Part shown: positions 9,471-21,394 of the stretch, piece by piece
Layout of the letters: each line of letters starts with the position of its first letter
Position numbering within the stretch: the stretch's first letter is position 1
Origin: an uncultured delta proteobacterium
Lineage (GTDB): Bacteria > Desulfobacterota > Desulfomonilia > Desulfomonilales > Desulfomonilaceae
DNA: 64,000 nt
NCBI GenBank assembly: GCA_963789265.1
Contig: CAWBKB010000003.1
Span: 480,001-544,000, forward strand
Reading direction: 5' to 3'
Program-made: the position numbers and the translations under genes
The notes under the pieces: generated by a model
The model's input: only the letters and a program-made list of their open reading frames with translations
Database searches by the model: none
Told to the model about the DNA's origin: nothing

Positions 9471-10766
9471 TTAAATAACCTGTTGTTCTCCAGCCGCTTG
9501 CATTCCTGCTACTTTCTGCAGGAGGGAGGCCAATATGAAAAGGAGGGGGCCAATTATGAGGAGGATGCCCGCTACAACGAGCCCAGACACGAGACCCGGC
9601 AAGAGCATGAATATGCCGAAGGCTATGGTCATCGAATTTACCACTATCTGGGTCCCCTCCAGTCTCCTAACAACGGGGGGAACAGCAATAGGGGCCTCCG
9701 GGGGAGTCCTCATTCCATGCAGTTTCTCCAGAAATCGTTTGATAAAAAATGCGGCTCCCGTCGTGATAGTCAGAAGCCCTAGGAGTATCTGAATCATTGC
9801 GGTCAGCATACCCGGAACGATACATGAAACGGCTCCCAATCCAGCAAAGACAATGCCTATGATTATCATGAACCATGAGCGCGTATACTGGCCGAGCGGG
9901 GTGTCTCCCAAGGTCATCATCTGGATGGCCATAATGGTCAGAAGCAGACCCAGCTGACCATCTGGTGAGAACGGAAGCATGCCCAGGCTGACCGGAAAGA
10001 GCAGTAATCCAAGAAGTATGTTAAGAGATCCTGAAAGGATCAGGATTGCTGGCAAGAGAGGAAGAGAGGCCTCCCGGAATAAGCTAAAACGTCCTTGTGA
10101 ATCAGCCCGATCTGCACTCCGTATAGTCGTTGCCGAGTCATCTGGCTTCTCGGGACCATATGTCCTGGCGACCTTCCAGATACACCACGCCAGATAGAAG
10201 AAACTCATGCCATAGAACATGACAACAATGGCCGTCCGTGGGTCCGCTCTGAGGCCGGGAAAGAGTGTTATCAGGCCTGAAATGATTGTTAAGGCATAGA
10301 CAACGGCGCACGCTATGGTTAGTTGTCGTAATATTCCCGCAATCTTTATCCACATCCTCGCCTTTCTTTCAGAAATACAGAGCTGCAGAAAAAGAGCAAT
10401 ACCGCCGGCAAAAAGGACTATTCCAACCAACATGCGGACAAAGTTTGTAAAGTAACCGGGAATGAAGCAAGTGGCGATTCCAAAAATAGCCGTGCCTATT
10501 CCAACGACGACGAGCGCCCATGACCGTCGAAGGTCGCCAAACGGGGTCTTACCCATGGTGATCATCTGAAAGGAAACAATGACCAGAAAGAGGCCGTAGG
10601 TACTGTCTAGGTTATATGGCAGATCTCCGGTGTAAATCTTAAACAGCAGCAGGCCAAAGAGGAGCCAGAATACTCCGAAGATGAGTAAGACGACAACTTC
10701 CAGGGAGAGATCGGCTTCTTCCCTCACTCTTGCATGGCGTTGTTCTTGCTCGCGATCTGACGGCAT
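9471..10766 (-). CDS. Polytopic membrane protein made of two homologous halves
   Basis: About 12 hydrophobic segments; QMITMGKTPFGDLRRSW is repeated as QMMTLGDTPLGQYTRSW. Confidence 0.8.
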   Translation of the reverse strand: MPSDREQEQRHARVREEADLSLEVVVLLIFGVFWLLFGLLLFKIYTGDLPYNLDSTYGLFLVIVSFQMITMGKTPFGDLRRSWALVVVGIGTAIFGIATCFIPGYFTNFVRMLVGIVLFAGGIALFLQLCISERKARMWIKIAGILRQLTIACAVVYALTIISGLITLFPGLRADPRTAIVVMFYGMSFFYLAWCIWKVARTYGPEKPDDSATTIRSADRADSQGRFSLFREASLPLLPAILILSGSLNILLGLLLFPVSLGMLPFSPDGQLGLLLTIMAIQMMTLGDTPLGQYTRSWFMIIIGIVFAGLGAVSCIVPGMLTAMIQILLGLLTITTGAAFFIKRFLEKLHGMRTPPEAPIAVPPVVRRLEGTQIVVNSMTIAFGIFMLLPGLVSGLVVAGILLIIGPLLFILASLLQKVAGMQAAGEQQVI

Positions 10767-11054
10767 TGAAGCATTTCCCCCTAGATTTTGAATCAGAACA
10801 CAAGCAAACGAGCTACACCATTACGCTCATATTCATAGTCAATTTTTTGCGACTGCCCCGGTTGAACAGTATCGGCCTACCTGACGGAAGCCGTGAACTA
10901 AACACTGCATTGGCACGGATCTGTCATTGCCAGCTTTGAGTATCGTTTGAGGACAGAATACCATGATTCGAGTGGGGGTGAAAGGAAATTCACATGGGTG
11001 CCGCGATCTCTTGCTAGAAATGAATTGGGTAATACCGGTGAGATAGCGTTGAAA

Positions 11055-11463
11055 AAGTTTCGAGTGCCCTCAATCCCTTTTCGGTGCCAAGGACCTCATT
11101 GTCAAGCCTCGATAGACTCGACTGGCCGGCCTGCCCCTGCTTCCTCACCTTTGCCTATGTCGAGCCGAAGTGCAGGTTCTATGCGCACAAAACCTGCGTC
11201 ATTGCAGTCCTCATACCCCTCCGCCATTTGATACACCTGCTGGCGAGCCATTTGAAGCTAAGAGTGTTTGCTGTGCAGCCAAGACCTCGCATCCTCCAAC
11301 TCACTCTTCAACGGGCCCGTCCATGATGCCGAAACGCTCATCTCTCTCTGAGTAAAAGAAAACCTGTGCCAGAGGAACTCTTGGCCTCCTGAAAATCTAT
11401 CATGATCGCAGGATTGAATTCGGGTCAAATTGTCTCTCTTGTCCCTTCACCACTCCCGCTCAT
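11055..11463 (-). pseudogene. IS1380-family transposase N-terminal remnant
   Basis: Hand translation through stops and shifts gives PEFNPAIMIDFQEAKSSSGTGFLLLRE/DERFG...QQVYQMAEGYEDCNDAGFVRIEPALRL...GQSSLSRLDNEVLG. GYEDxND is characteristic of IS1380 transposases. Confidence 0.8.
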
Positions 11464-11563
11464 CTGGTTTCCCTCGATAGCGGTCTATTTCCCCCACCAT
11501 GTCATGGGTTGACCCGAAGAACATGCTTTTCTTTGTTTACCCGCCGAATAATCCGGGATGATA

Positions 11564-12205
11564 TCAACTTTTGCGATAGCATTTCAACTCAAGTATAGAT
11601 TCAATTATATTAGCGTGTATAACTTCCGGAGAAGCAGTTCCGTCAATTCGCTGGATCGAGGGATCAATGAGGCTGCGATAAGCGGCATCTACCGCCTCCA
11701 GGTCCTCCCGGACCTCGAATGGGGAAAAACTGCCGCGCCCCGCGGAACCTATTCTCGCAAGTGCGGTGTCTACGGAGACCTCCAGGAGGAATGTAACGTC
11801 CGGAGAAGGTGCAAACGATCTTTGAGCGGAAATGATAGCGGTCGGATCGAGGCCGCGGGCCCCTTGATATGCCACGGACGAATATACGTACCGGTCACAT
11901 ATAACTGCGAGCCCTCGCGTTAGAGCCGGCATTATGACCCGCTGCACGTGATCGCGACGGTCCTCGGTGAACAGCCGCGCCTCTTCTTCCGGATCCGGCC
12001 GCGAGGTTAAAGACCTGATCGTTCGCCCGGTCGGGCCGTCGGAGGGTTCGGCAGTCAGAAGGACAGGGAGGCCCAGCGCAGTGAGTCGTTGCGCCAAGAG
12101 TTTCGCCTGAGTGGTTTTTCCTGAGCCGTCGATTCCCTCGAAGACTATGAAACAGGGTCTGATCCTGGATTTGTCCCATGATGGAGGGGGTGTATCGACT
12201 GTCAT
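11564..12205 (-). CDS. tmk: Thymidylate kinase
   Basis: FEGIDGSGKTTQ P-loop; ICDRYVYSSVAYQG. Confidence 0.95.
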   Translation of the reverse strand: MTVDTPPPSWDKSRIRPCFIVFEGIDGSGKTTQAKLLAQRLTALGLPVLLTAEPSDGPTGRTIRSLTSRPDPEEEARLFTEDRRDHVQRVIMPALTRGLAVICDRYVYSSVAYQGARGLDPTAIISAQRSFAPSPDVTFLLEVSVDTALARIGSAGRGSFSPFEVREDLEAVDAAYRSLIDPSIQRIDGTASPEVIHANIIESILELKCYRKS

Positions 12206-13197
12206 GGAATGAGTGCGGCGCCTGCTTTAAGAACGCTTTCTTTCATCATTCTCAGAACTGCATTGGCTTCGTAAAGAGGAAATGAGTCCACCACCGTTCG
12301 GATCGGAATTTCAGCGGCTACTTTGAGAAGTTCGGCCGCGTCCCGGCGAGTGGTATTTGCAACACTGCGCATTGTCCTCTCCCCGTAGATGAGGTCATAG
12401 TCAAGTTCGGGGATGCGAGTCATTGTGATTCCTGCCAGGGCCAAAGTGCCCCCTTTGTTCAAGGCTTGTAAAGCTTGGGGTACCAGCGTGCCCGCGGGCG
12501 CAAAGATGATGGAGCCGTCAAGGGGGTCGGCAGAAGCCGCGTCGGGTGCCCCAACCCACTCGGCTCCCAATTCTTCGGCCAGTTTTTGATGGCGCGGGCT
12601 TCGCGTGAACACGTGGACTTTACACCCCATTTTCACAGCCACCTGAATAACCACGTGGGCCGAGTTACCGAAGCCATATAGACCAAGCCTTTGGCCGGGC
12701 TTAATTTCGCTCAATCGCAAGGCCCTGTATCCTATGACTCCACCGCAGAGGAGAGGCGTTGCTTCGACATCGGAAAACACTTCCGGGATAGGAAAAGCCG
12801 AATCTTCAGGAACTACCATATATTCCGCGTACCCACCATTCACATGATAGCCGGTGAACAGGGCGTTGGGGCACAGGTTTTCCCTCTCCTCCAGACAAAA
12901 GCGGCACGAACCGCATCCGGAAAAGAACCAGGTCACCCCCACGCGATCCTGCTCTCTTATGCGATGAGTAGCCGATCCCGCCTTCACGACTCGCCCCACA
13001 ACCTGATGGCCCGGGACTAGCGGCAGCAATGGCAACAGCAGGTCCCCTTCTGCTGTGTGTAAGTCCGTATGGCATACCCCGCAGGCCAGCACTTTTATCA
13101 GTAGTTCGCCTGCTTCCGGTTCGGGAAGAGGAAGATCGGCCCTTTTCAAGGGGTTCTGCTCGATAAGCGCCGTCTGTTCGAGGAGCATGGCTTTCAT
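12202..13197 (-). CDS. Zinc-dependent alcohol dehydrogenase family protein
   Basis: CGVCHTDLH, PGHQVVG, CGSCRFC...ENLC, GLYGFG. Confidence 0.93.
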   Translation of the reverse strand: MKAMLLEQTALIEQNPLKRADLPLPEPEAGELLIKVLACGVCHTDLHTAEGDLLLPLLPLVPGHQVVGRVVKAGSATHRIREQDRVGVTWFFSGCGSCRFCLEERENLCPNALFTGYHVNGGYAEYMVVPEDSAFPIPEVFSDVEATPLLCGGVIGYRALRLSEIKPGQRLGLYGFGNSAHVVIQVAVKMGCKVHVFTRSPRHQKLAEELGAEWVGAPDAASADPLDGSIIFAPAGTLVPQALQALNKGGTLALAGITMTRIPELDYDLIYGERTMRSVANTTRRDAAELLKVAAEIPIRTVVDSFPLYEANAVLRMMKESVLKAGAALIP

Positions 13198-13226
13198 GTT
13201 CGAAACCAATATGTTGCGCTGACGGC

Positions 13227-15159
13227 TTACTTGATCGCTTCTGTAGAAAGTTTAGTCTTGTCGGAAAACGTTGCTGTCACAATCAGCACGGACTTAGGAT
13301 CCGACAACAATCCGTTATCCGACGCGTATAGGTAGAAAGTCCTTCGGCCGGAAACAGGAACGTGCAATGGGCCCGGTTTCTGATTTATCAGCTTATAAAT
13401 CTTTGGGTAGACCGTCACCCCCAGCAACATTTCAGGGGCTTTGGGCTCAGTGGACCAACGGCTGGTTCCATCCTCACTCCTGATTTCTACCTTCATGAGT
13501 TTCTTGTCCTCCACTTGAAGTTTCATAATGAAGGTTCCGTTAAGGTAGCCGCTCTTTCCCGGCCTGGTGGACGGATTGACTAAATCGGCGATGAAACCTC
13601 TGAATTCACAGGTTATGAGGCCCTTTGCCGTGGTGCCGGCTTCCTCGGTTCCCGGGACAACGGTCGAAGTTGTAGCTAAAGGCTTGCGAATGGGCTGCTG
13701 GTAAGATCGGCCGTCCGTCAGGTGAACAATCATGCGAAATCGATCGTATGTTGTTGCCAGGTCTCCGGGATCAGCGGCATACACGTAGAATTGAGTCCTT
13801 TTGTTTACGGGAATCTTCACGGAGCCGTCCGAATTATTCAGAAGGGTTGTGGGCGCGCTCTGATAAGCCACGGCCAATCCCCAGTTTCCGGACTCTGCTC
13901 CATGCGTGCTCCATCTGGTAGGCAAGCCCTGAGTGCTGTTGATTTCAATGCCGGTGATAGAGTTCTTCGGTGAAATTTCAATGTCCAGACCGAACACTGC
14001 GTCTGCGACTCCGTCAGGTTTCAGACTCGGATAAGGCCCCACAGCGTCGGTCGACGCGAATCCAAGCCATGTCGCAAGGAAATTCACTTTGGACGCAGAA
14101 ACCTGAGATTCTCCCTTAGTTTCCTGAGTTGTCTGAGCAATTCTTTGGGCCAGACACCTGGAGACCCCCCCGGCCTTGAACGCAACGGACACCCAATAAT
14201 TTGTCTTTCCTTCTGCAATACTCCCATTATCTGCGACGTAAAGATTGAGATCTACTCGGTCTTTGACCTTGATAGAAACCGTCCCGTCCCTATTATTCAG
14301 CAAACGTACCGGGGCGGACTCCAACGCGACTCCGATAGCTCCGTTATTAGTGCTGGGCACGGTGTCCCAGATGGATGGAGTACCGTCTGCGTTGCGGATC
14401 TCGATGGCTGTGATCTCTCGGTCCGGCGCTTCAACGGTTAAGACAAACAAGCCGTTAGGTTTGCCAGAGGGTCCTATAGTCTTGCCTGCGTTCACCGCGT
14501 CAAAATTCGAAATGCCTTTGAGTACGGCCGACATGCGCACAGGTGCCGAGCTTAATTGGGGTGAAGGGGCTTGTGAGGCAAGTGCTGCCGGGGATTGCAC
14601 CGGGCCGGTCCAAGAGGTGCCGTCGATGGCAATCACCTTTATCTGGTATGTACAGACCCTTTTCGGAAAATGTGCCGTCATCAGCCACAAAGAGAAGAAA
14701 ATGCTTGTCCGCTCGCGGGTCGATATTCAAGGGACCCCCCTGGGGGTTAACAATCCGGGACGGAGTCTTGGAGCGGGCAACTCCCATATATCCTGCGCCC
14801 GAGGCTTTGCCTGAACTGCTCCAGAATCCCGGGGATCCGGCGACCGCCCTGATTTGAATTTCCGAGATCACTGGTTCGGAAGGGCGGGGCTTCAGAATCA
14901 ACGAGAAGGCGACATCCGGTCTGCTAGTGGGAGTAGCAGAGGTCGGCCCCACGCGGTGGGATTTCAACACACCAAGGAACGTGGCTTTGCCCCTGGGAAC
15001 GGGCTGAGTATACGCCGTACCGGCAACAAGCATAAGAATCGCTGCCAGGGCTATTTTCAAGGAAAGACGTATGGACAATTGTTCGGGCAGACGCGGCCTC
15101 CCTCCATTGGGAGCTTGATCCAGACGGAACCCTTCGGTAGTCGGAAATCTAGTTGACAA
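13227..15159 (-). CDS. Secreted protein with four ~125-aa beta-rich repeats (frameshift near 14655 joins ORFs 14500..15159 and 13227..14690)
   Basis: Hydrophobic signal (IALAAILMLVAGTAYT). Repeats end in LFVADDG, LYVADNG, VYAADPG and LYASDNG. True start uncertain. Confidence 0.75.
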
Positions 15160-15338
15160 CCTTTTGGAATGTCAATAAAAAATTCCCCCTTACAATTCCA
15201 TCGTAGCCACTTTCAAATTTGGTGGCTTCCACACGTGTCTACCGGCTGGACCACTTTTTCACACCGGCCGATCGTATCGACGAATTATACTGTCACAAGC
15301 GGCTCTTCGTATCAAGAGCGTCCATCCCGCGCTTTGTG

Positions 15339-15368
15339 TTGACACAACCGAGCCCCGGATCTTACAAT
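15339..15368 (+). promoter_or_regulatory. Sigma70 promoter of mtnP
   Basis: TTGACA-N18-TACAAT about 45 bp upstream of the start. Confidence 0.6.
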
Positions 15369-15411
15369 CACGCCCTTAAGTCTTGCATTCACACTTTGGA
15401 GGACAAGTTTC

Positions 15412-16198
15412 GTGGCAAAGATCGGTATGATAGGTGGGTCCGGCTTCGATGATCCTGATTTCCTGACGGATATGAAAACCGTTAAGAAAGGAACGCCCTT
15501 CGGTTCTCTTTCTCACGACCTCATAACTGGTAAGGCCTACGGCATCGAAGTGGTCATTCTTCTCCGTCACGGGGAAGGCCACAGAATAATGCCTTCGGCC
15601 ATTAATTTCAGGGCCAACATCTGGGCGATGAAAGAAATAGGAGTGACTCACATCATCGCTACCAGCGCGTGCGGATCACTGAGAGAAGAGATTAAGCCGG
15701 GCCATCTCGTATTCCCCGATCAGTTTATAGACCGAACTCGAACGCGCAAGGCCACATTCTACGAGGGAGATCAGGTCGTGCATATCTCAATGGCCGATCC
15801 CTTCTGTGAGAAGTTAAGGCAGATCCTAGTACGAACGGCCGCAGACGAGGGGATTGCCCACCACTCTACCGGGACGGTGGTTACTATCGAGGGGCCGAGG
15901 TTCTCTACTCGAGCGGAAAGCAGGATGTTCAGAATGTGGGGAGGCGATATCATCAACATGTCCACCGTTCCGGAGGCGGTGTTGGCACGCGAAGCCGGTA
16001 TTTGTTACGCGGTCGTCGCCATGAGTACCGACTATGACGCTTGGCACCACAGCGAGGAGCCTGTAACCTGGGAGATGATCGCAAATACTATGAATAAGAA
16101 ACGTCCAAAACGTAAAAAGCATCTTTTTCAGCGCCCTTCCTAAGATCACCTACGAAGATTGTTCCTGCCGGACGGCGATTGAGACTGCTGCTGTGTGA
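15412..16198 (+). CDS. mtnP: S-methyl-5'-thioadenosine phosphorylase (frameshift near 16098)
   Basis: GMIGGSG, RHGEGH, EGPRFSTRAES, MSTDYD. Removing one A restores the tail NKNVQNVKSIFFSALPKITYEDCSCRTAIETAAV. Confidence 0.92.
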
Positions 16199-16592
16199 CA
16201 CCAATTCGCGTTCAAAATTGTGCGAAAATCCCCTGGACCCCCGTTAGGCGTTAAAGTAATGCCTAATACCAGTGCGCGATCAAACGATGAACAATCTAGG
16301 CAATACGGTACGGATCTGACAAAGCCTCCCGCCGGACGCGGGAACCACCATCATGGCGCCAGGTCAGTGCCGTTGGCTATCGGTCGATTCTCACCAGTTT
16401 GAAAGCGAATCGAAGGATACCGTACCGGGGTGTGAAGCGCGGTTTTCAATGCAGTTCATTATAACTGTGCAGTTTCGACTCCGGCCGGAACTGAATCTAT
16501 CTCATAGAGTCTCAAAAAACCAGAACCGTCCAATCCGGTAGGTAGTATGTTATTAACCTTTTCAGGAGCGATCAATCTGGAGGTGTCGGTAC

Positions 16593-18303
16593 ATGGATTT
16601 GGCTGAACGCATCACAACGGCCCTGGGGAAGAAACCAGTGGACCTGCTCCTCAAAAGGGGCGAATTGGTTAACGTGGTATCCGGCGAGATTCACCCGGTT
16701 TCAATTGCAGTCCATGAAGGTATTGTAGTGGGCTTCGGTGAATACGAATCGGTTGAAACCGTTGATCTCGAAGGCCGTTATGTTTCGCCGGGCTTCATTG
16801 ACGGGCACCTTCATCTCGAATCCAGTATGCTCAGCATACCGGAATTTGCTCGCAATGTTGTCCCTCTGGGAACAACCACTGTGGTGGCGGACCCCCATGA
16901 AATAGCCAATGTAATGGGACTGGAAGGAATCAAATACATTTTGGAATCGAGCGAGAGCTTGCCGCTGCGAGTTTTCGTCATGTTTCCCTGCTGCGTGCCG
17001 GCCACCCCGTTTGAAACCTCCGGCGCGAAACTTGGCCCAACGGACATGAACAGTTTCAGGGACAGCGGGCGCGTCCTTGGCTTGGCTGAAATGATGAACT
17101 ATCCGGGCGTGCTCATGGCAGATCCCGAAGTAATTGCCAAAATCAACGTGTTCCGGGGGAAGGTCCTTGATGGGCATGCCCCCGGTCTCACGGGAAAGGA
17201 CCTCTGCGCGTACAGTTGTCGCGGGCATAGGATCGGACCACGAGTGCACCTCCTTGGAGGAAGCCCGCGAAAAACTCCGGAACGGCATGAGCATCATGAT
17301 ACGGGAGGGCTCCGCGGCGAAGAACCTCGACGCGCTGCTCCCATTGGTCAATGAGCACAACTCTCGAAATTGTTTTTTTGTCACTGACGATTTGGATCCG
17401 GAGGATATTCTTGAGAAGGGCCACATAAACAATCTCGTTCGTACCGCTATCAGCAAAGGGCTGGATCCAATCCGAGCAATTCAGATGGCGACAATAAACC
17501 CGGCGGCTTACTTCAGACTCAAAGAGCTGGGCCGGGTCGCGCCCGGATATTCGGCTGACCTGCTAATTTTGGACGATCTGAGCCAAGTTTCGATCAACCG
17601 TGTCTATCAGTCGGGGCGTCTCGTGGCAGAGGCAGGCAGGCTGGTTGTTCCCTCAGTATCAGCCGAGACAGCACAATTGCCGTACAGCGTGAACGTAGCT
17701 TGGGACAAGGTGAAAGATTTTTCCATCAAGGCGGAAGGCACTGCGGTCAACATCATTGAGGTGGTGCCGGGTCAGATCGTCACTAAGAAAGTGGTTGAAC
17801 AAGCACCGATCCAGGATGGAGTTGTTGTAGCAGAGCCGGCGAGGGACATTCTGAAGATCGCTGTCGTCGAACGGCATCATGGCACAGGAGCGTTCGCTCT
17901 GGCACTCATCCGCGGATTCGGATTGAAACTGGGGGCCATCGCATGCACGGTGGCCCACGACTCTCATAACATCATTGTCGTGGGAGCAAACGACTCCGAC
18001 ATGCTGGCAGCGGCCCGAGAAGCGGCGAGAATGGGAGGGGGCCTCGCGACCGTGGCTGAAGGGAGGACGCTGGCAGGTGTGCCTCTGCCCATTGCCGGGC
18101 TAATGTCCGACAAGCCGATTCAAGAGGTGCGCGATTCACTGAAAAAGGTAGTCCATGCAGCCCACGACCTGGGCTGTTCGCTGGAAAATCCCTTTGCCAC
18201 CCTTTCGTTCATGGCTTTAACTCCCATACCCGAGCTGAAATTGACGGACCAGGGTCTTTTTGACTCGTTGAATTTTAAGTTCGTGTCCTTATTTGCCGAC
18301 TGA
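16593..18303 (+). CDS. ade: Adenine deaminase (frameshift near 17214)
   Basis: PGFIDGHLHLESS, ADPHEIANV, LAEMMNYP, DGHAP, then SDHEC, IREGSAAKN, VAHDSHNII in the second frame. Confidence 0.93.
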
Positions 18304-20617
18304 TGACAAAACCAGGCACTATTAAATCATTTCGGGAATACGCGGTCGCAAGATACTCTGGGCAGAAGTTGGCGACCCGACCGGTAACCTCTTTCGCGAC
18401 TCTCTGCGGGGCTTGGCACCCACGGTTCAGCGCTGTGGGTAAATGGGTCTTACTGCCCATAACGTTGATACTTGTGCTGAGCTATTTTGGCGAGTCGTCT
18501 TTTGCAGCAGCCGCCAGTGAGCCTTTGAAGCTGGACGGGACAACAAGCCGGTACAACTTGCAAGGACATCTTGAGGTCTACCAAGACAAGGTCGGCACCG
18601 AAAGCTTTAAGAGCGTCGAGTATCAAAAATTCAGCCCAACCGACAAAGCCGTCCCGAACTACGCCTTCACCCGGTCCGCTTATTGGATAAAATTGGCTGT
18701 CGAGAATACTACCTCAAAGGTGCAGACGCTTCTTTTACAAGTAGCAAACCCATATCTGGATTTCATTGATATCTTCGTTAAGTCTGACCGCAATGCAACT
18801 ATAGATCGATATCGTGCCGGCGCGTGCCGACCAATGGACAAAAAGCTGATCAGGGGGCGTGAACCTGTCTCTAAATTGTTATTTAAGCCTGGGGAAACGA
18901 AGACAATTTTTCTCGGAGTCAAGTCCGGGACCAGTTTGCGAGTTCCCTTAAGCCTTTCCACGGAGAAGAGTTACCATGACGACGAACTGAAACGATACAT
19001 GCTCCTGGGACTATTCTACGGCGTTCTGGGTTTTCTGATCATATTCAACATCTTCGGATGGTCGATTCTAAAGCAAAGGGCTTACTTTTACTATATCTGG
19101 CTTCTCATTGGCCTGGCCCTTTGCGAACTGAGCTATGACGGTTTGATTCCCGAAGTAACAATCTTCTCTAGACCCGAACTGATACAGCATCTTTTTAATT
19201 CAGGGATAGGGTTGACGTTTATTTTCAACACGCTTTTTGCATCTTCTTTCATGGACGCCAGGACGAAGTACCCGATCCTCTATAGAATCTTCGATGTTTT
19301 TCTGGTACTTGCAGTTTTCAATACTATTCTGTTTGTCGTCTTGTATTACGCGGGCAACTTCATGGCGCTGCTTTACGGCCCCCTACTGGCTTGTGCCTTG
19401 GCTCTAGTAACCGGGTTGATTTGGTATAAGGGAGAATCCCATGTGCGGTACCTGTTCATGGGACATGTCCAGTTCCCGATCATTGCTGCGGCGCACGTCG
19501 GTATGATGTTGGGCATCCTGCCGTTCTATTTCATGTTGGCTGAGTACGGGGTGAAATTCGGATACCTGTGGCAGGGGATGTTCTTGTCCTTGGCTTTGGC
19601 CGACAGATACTCAATCATGCAGCGAAATTTCCAACATGTCCTCGAAAACAAAGTCACAGAGCGCTCAGCAGCGCTGGTCGAGGCTAATGAGAAACTTCAG
19701 CGCGAAATGGCCGAGCGAAAACGCGGAGAAAAGGCCATTACCAAGGCGAAGCGCGAATGGGAGGAAACGTTTGACACTGTTCCCGACCTCATTGCCATCA
19801 TCGACAGAAACCATGTTATCCAGCGTCTGAACAAAGCAATGGCCTCCAAACTGGAGCTGCATCCAAGGGAGGCTATCGGCCGAAAGTGCTATGAATTCTG
19901 TCATGGAACCGACCGGCCGTATCTCGGCTGTCCGCTTTTGCAAAGCGTCGCCGACGGTGAGGAGCATTCCGCGGAAGTGAACGAACCCAAGCTGGAAGGG
20001 ACATTTCTCGTGTCGGTCACGCCCATGAAGACGAACGGATTTCAGCCGGACAGGTTCGTGCACGTGGCTCGAGACATAACGGAACGCAAGACCTTGAAGA
20101 ACGGCTTCGCAAGCTGGCGACCACCGATAGTCTGACCGATATCGGGAACCGACGACACTTTGGGGTTCTGGTTAGAGGCGAGCTTGAGCGAGCAAAGCGA
20201 TACGGCGGCGATTTGGCTCTGATGATGATAGACCTGGATCACTTCAAAGAGATCAACGATGCGTACGGTCATGCTGTCGGTGACGAAGCGCTTCAAATGG
20301 TAGCCAACATAGGCCGCAAAATTTTGAGAAGCGTTGATTTCTTCGCTCGGTACGGCGGGGAAGAATTTGCGGTTGCCCTCCCCGAAACATCTTTGGTCCA
20401 AGCGCTCAAAGTTGCCGAGCGTCTGCGGCAGACTCTCGGCGAGACTCCGATCACGCCCGGGAGGAACGCTATATACATAACCGTAAGCGTAGGGCTTTGT
20501 GTTGCCGCACCAGGATCGGTTGACTTCGACACATTGTTGCGACAAGCGGATCAGGCGCTGTACAAGGCAAAGGACAATGGTAGAAACCGCGTAGAGGTAT
20601 TCCAAAGATTTTACTGA
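18303..20617 (+). CDS. Diguanylate cyclase: 7TMR-DISM extracellular and 7TM domains, PAS, GGDEF (frameshift near 20096)
   Basis: SAYWIKL, seven TM segments, PAS (WEETFDTVPD...VARDITERK), then LATTDSLT, DLDHFKEIND and RSVD-FFARYGGEEF (RxxD I-site). Confidence 0.88.
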
Positions 20618-20669
20618 TTTTGGAAAATTGTGGCGTACAAGCTTTATTTTAGGATGCAGTCGTCCACTA

Positions 20670-20706
20670 TTGTCATTGCGAGGAGTAAGACGACGAAGCA
20701 ATGACA
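20670..20706 (+). repeat. REP-like repeat half (GTCATTGCGAGGAG...GAAGCAAT family)
   Basis: Same family as the 47747-47875 element. Confidence 0.55.
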
Positions 20707-20760
20707 TATTCGTGGCTCCTCGTATCCTCAAACGGAGCTAAAGGCATGATCCATTTCCTA

Positions 20761-20779
20761 AAATAGTAATTATTCTCAC
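20761..20779. promoter_or_regulatory. Candidate PerR/Fur box
   Basis: AT-rich imperfect palindrome AATAGTAATTATTCTCA just upstream of the Fur-family gene. Confidence 0.45.
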
Positions 20780-20796
20780 AACGAGCCCATGAGGCG

Positions 20797-21255
20797 ATGA
20801 ACGATCCATTGCGGATGACAGCGCAACGTCGTATTATGAAGGAGGAGTTGAGAGAACTTGGTACGCATGCAACTCCGAGTGGAATTTGTGAAATTGCTGG
20901 AAAACGCCTCTCCGGAATAAATCTTGGAACAATTTACCGTAACCTGGAGACAATATCAGAAATTGGGATGATTCAAAAACTGAGAACCGCAGGTACTCAA
21001 AAGCGTTTCGACGAATCCATGAAAAATCATTATGATGTACGCTGCATTAGGTGCGGCCGTGTAGACAAACTGCTCGTGGACCTGGGGCTTATGATTGATG
21101 AAGCTCTGGGCGCTATTAGCGACTATGAAATCCTGGGGCATCGCATCGAGTTTTACGGTCTGTGTCCGCAATGCCGGAAAGAACGCGAACCTGCTCGAGA
21201 GGGAGAAGCGCCCAGGATTGGGATTCCCGACGGGCCGATGAGCAACGTTGGATAG
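20797..21255 (+). CDS. perR: Fur-family repressor, PerR-like
   Basis: RMTAQR, LGTIYRNL, KRFD, CIRC and CPQC zinc motifs; lies directly upstream of rbr. Confidence 0.85.
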   Translation: MNDPLRMTAQRRIMKEELRELGTHATPSGICEIAGKRLSGINLGTIYRNLETISEIGMIQKLRTAGTQKRFDESMKNHYDVRCIRCGRVDKLLVDLGLMIDEALGAISDYEILGHRIEFYGLCPQCRKEREPAREGEAPRIGIPDGPMSNVG

Positions 21256-21394
21256 GCAACCTATCGCTGCATCAAGACTCTGCGGACCTTTAGAAATCCG
21301 AGTCCGCTCTAATTGAGTGCTCAGGCTTAAGCCACATTAATCCGGTTCAAATTAGACAAGCAGACGAATTTAAGACAAGGAAGGAGACAATTTT

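Noticed and set aside
10911..10930. TGGCAC as a sigma54 promoter
   Set aside because: No -12 GC at the required spacing and no credible downstream gene.
16200..16590. Purine riboswitch upstream of ade
   Set aside because: No recognisable aptamer core by eye; an Rfam scan would settle it.
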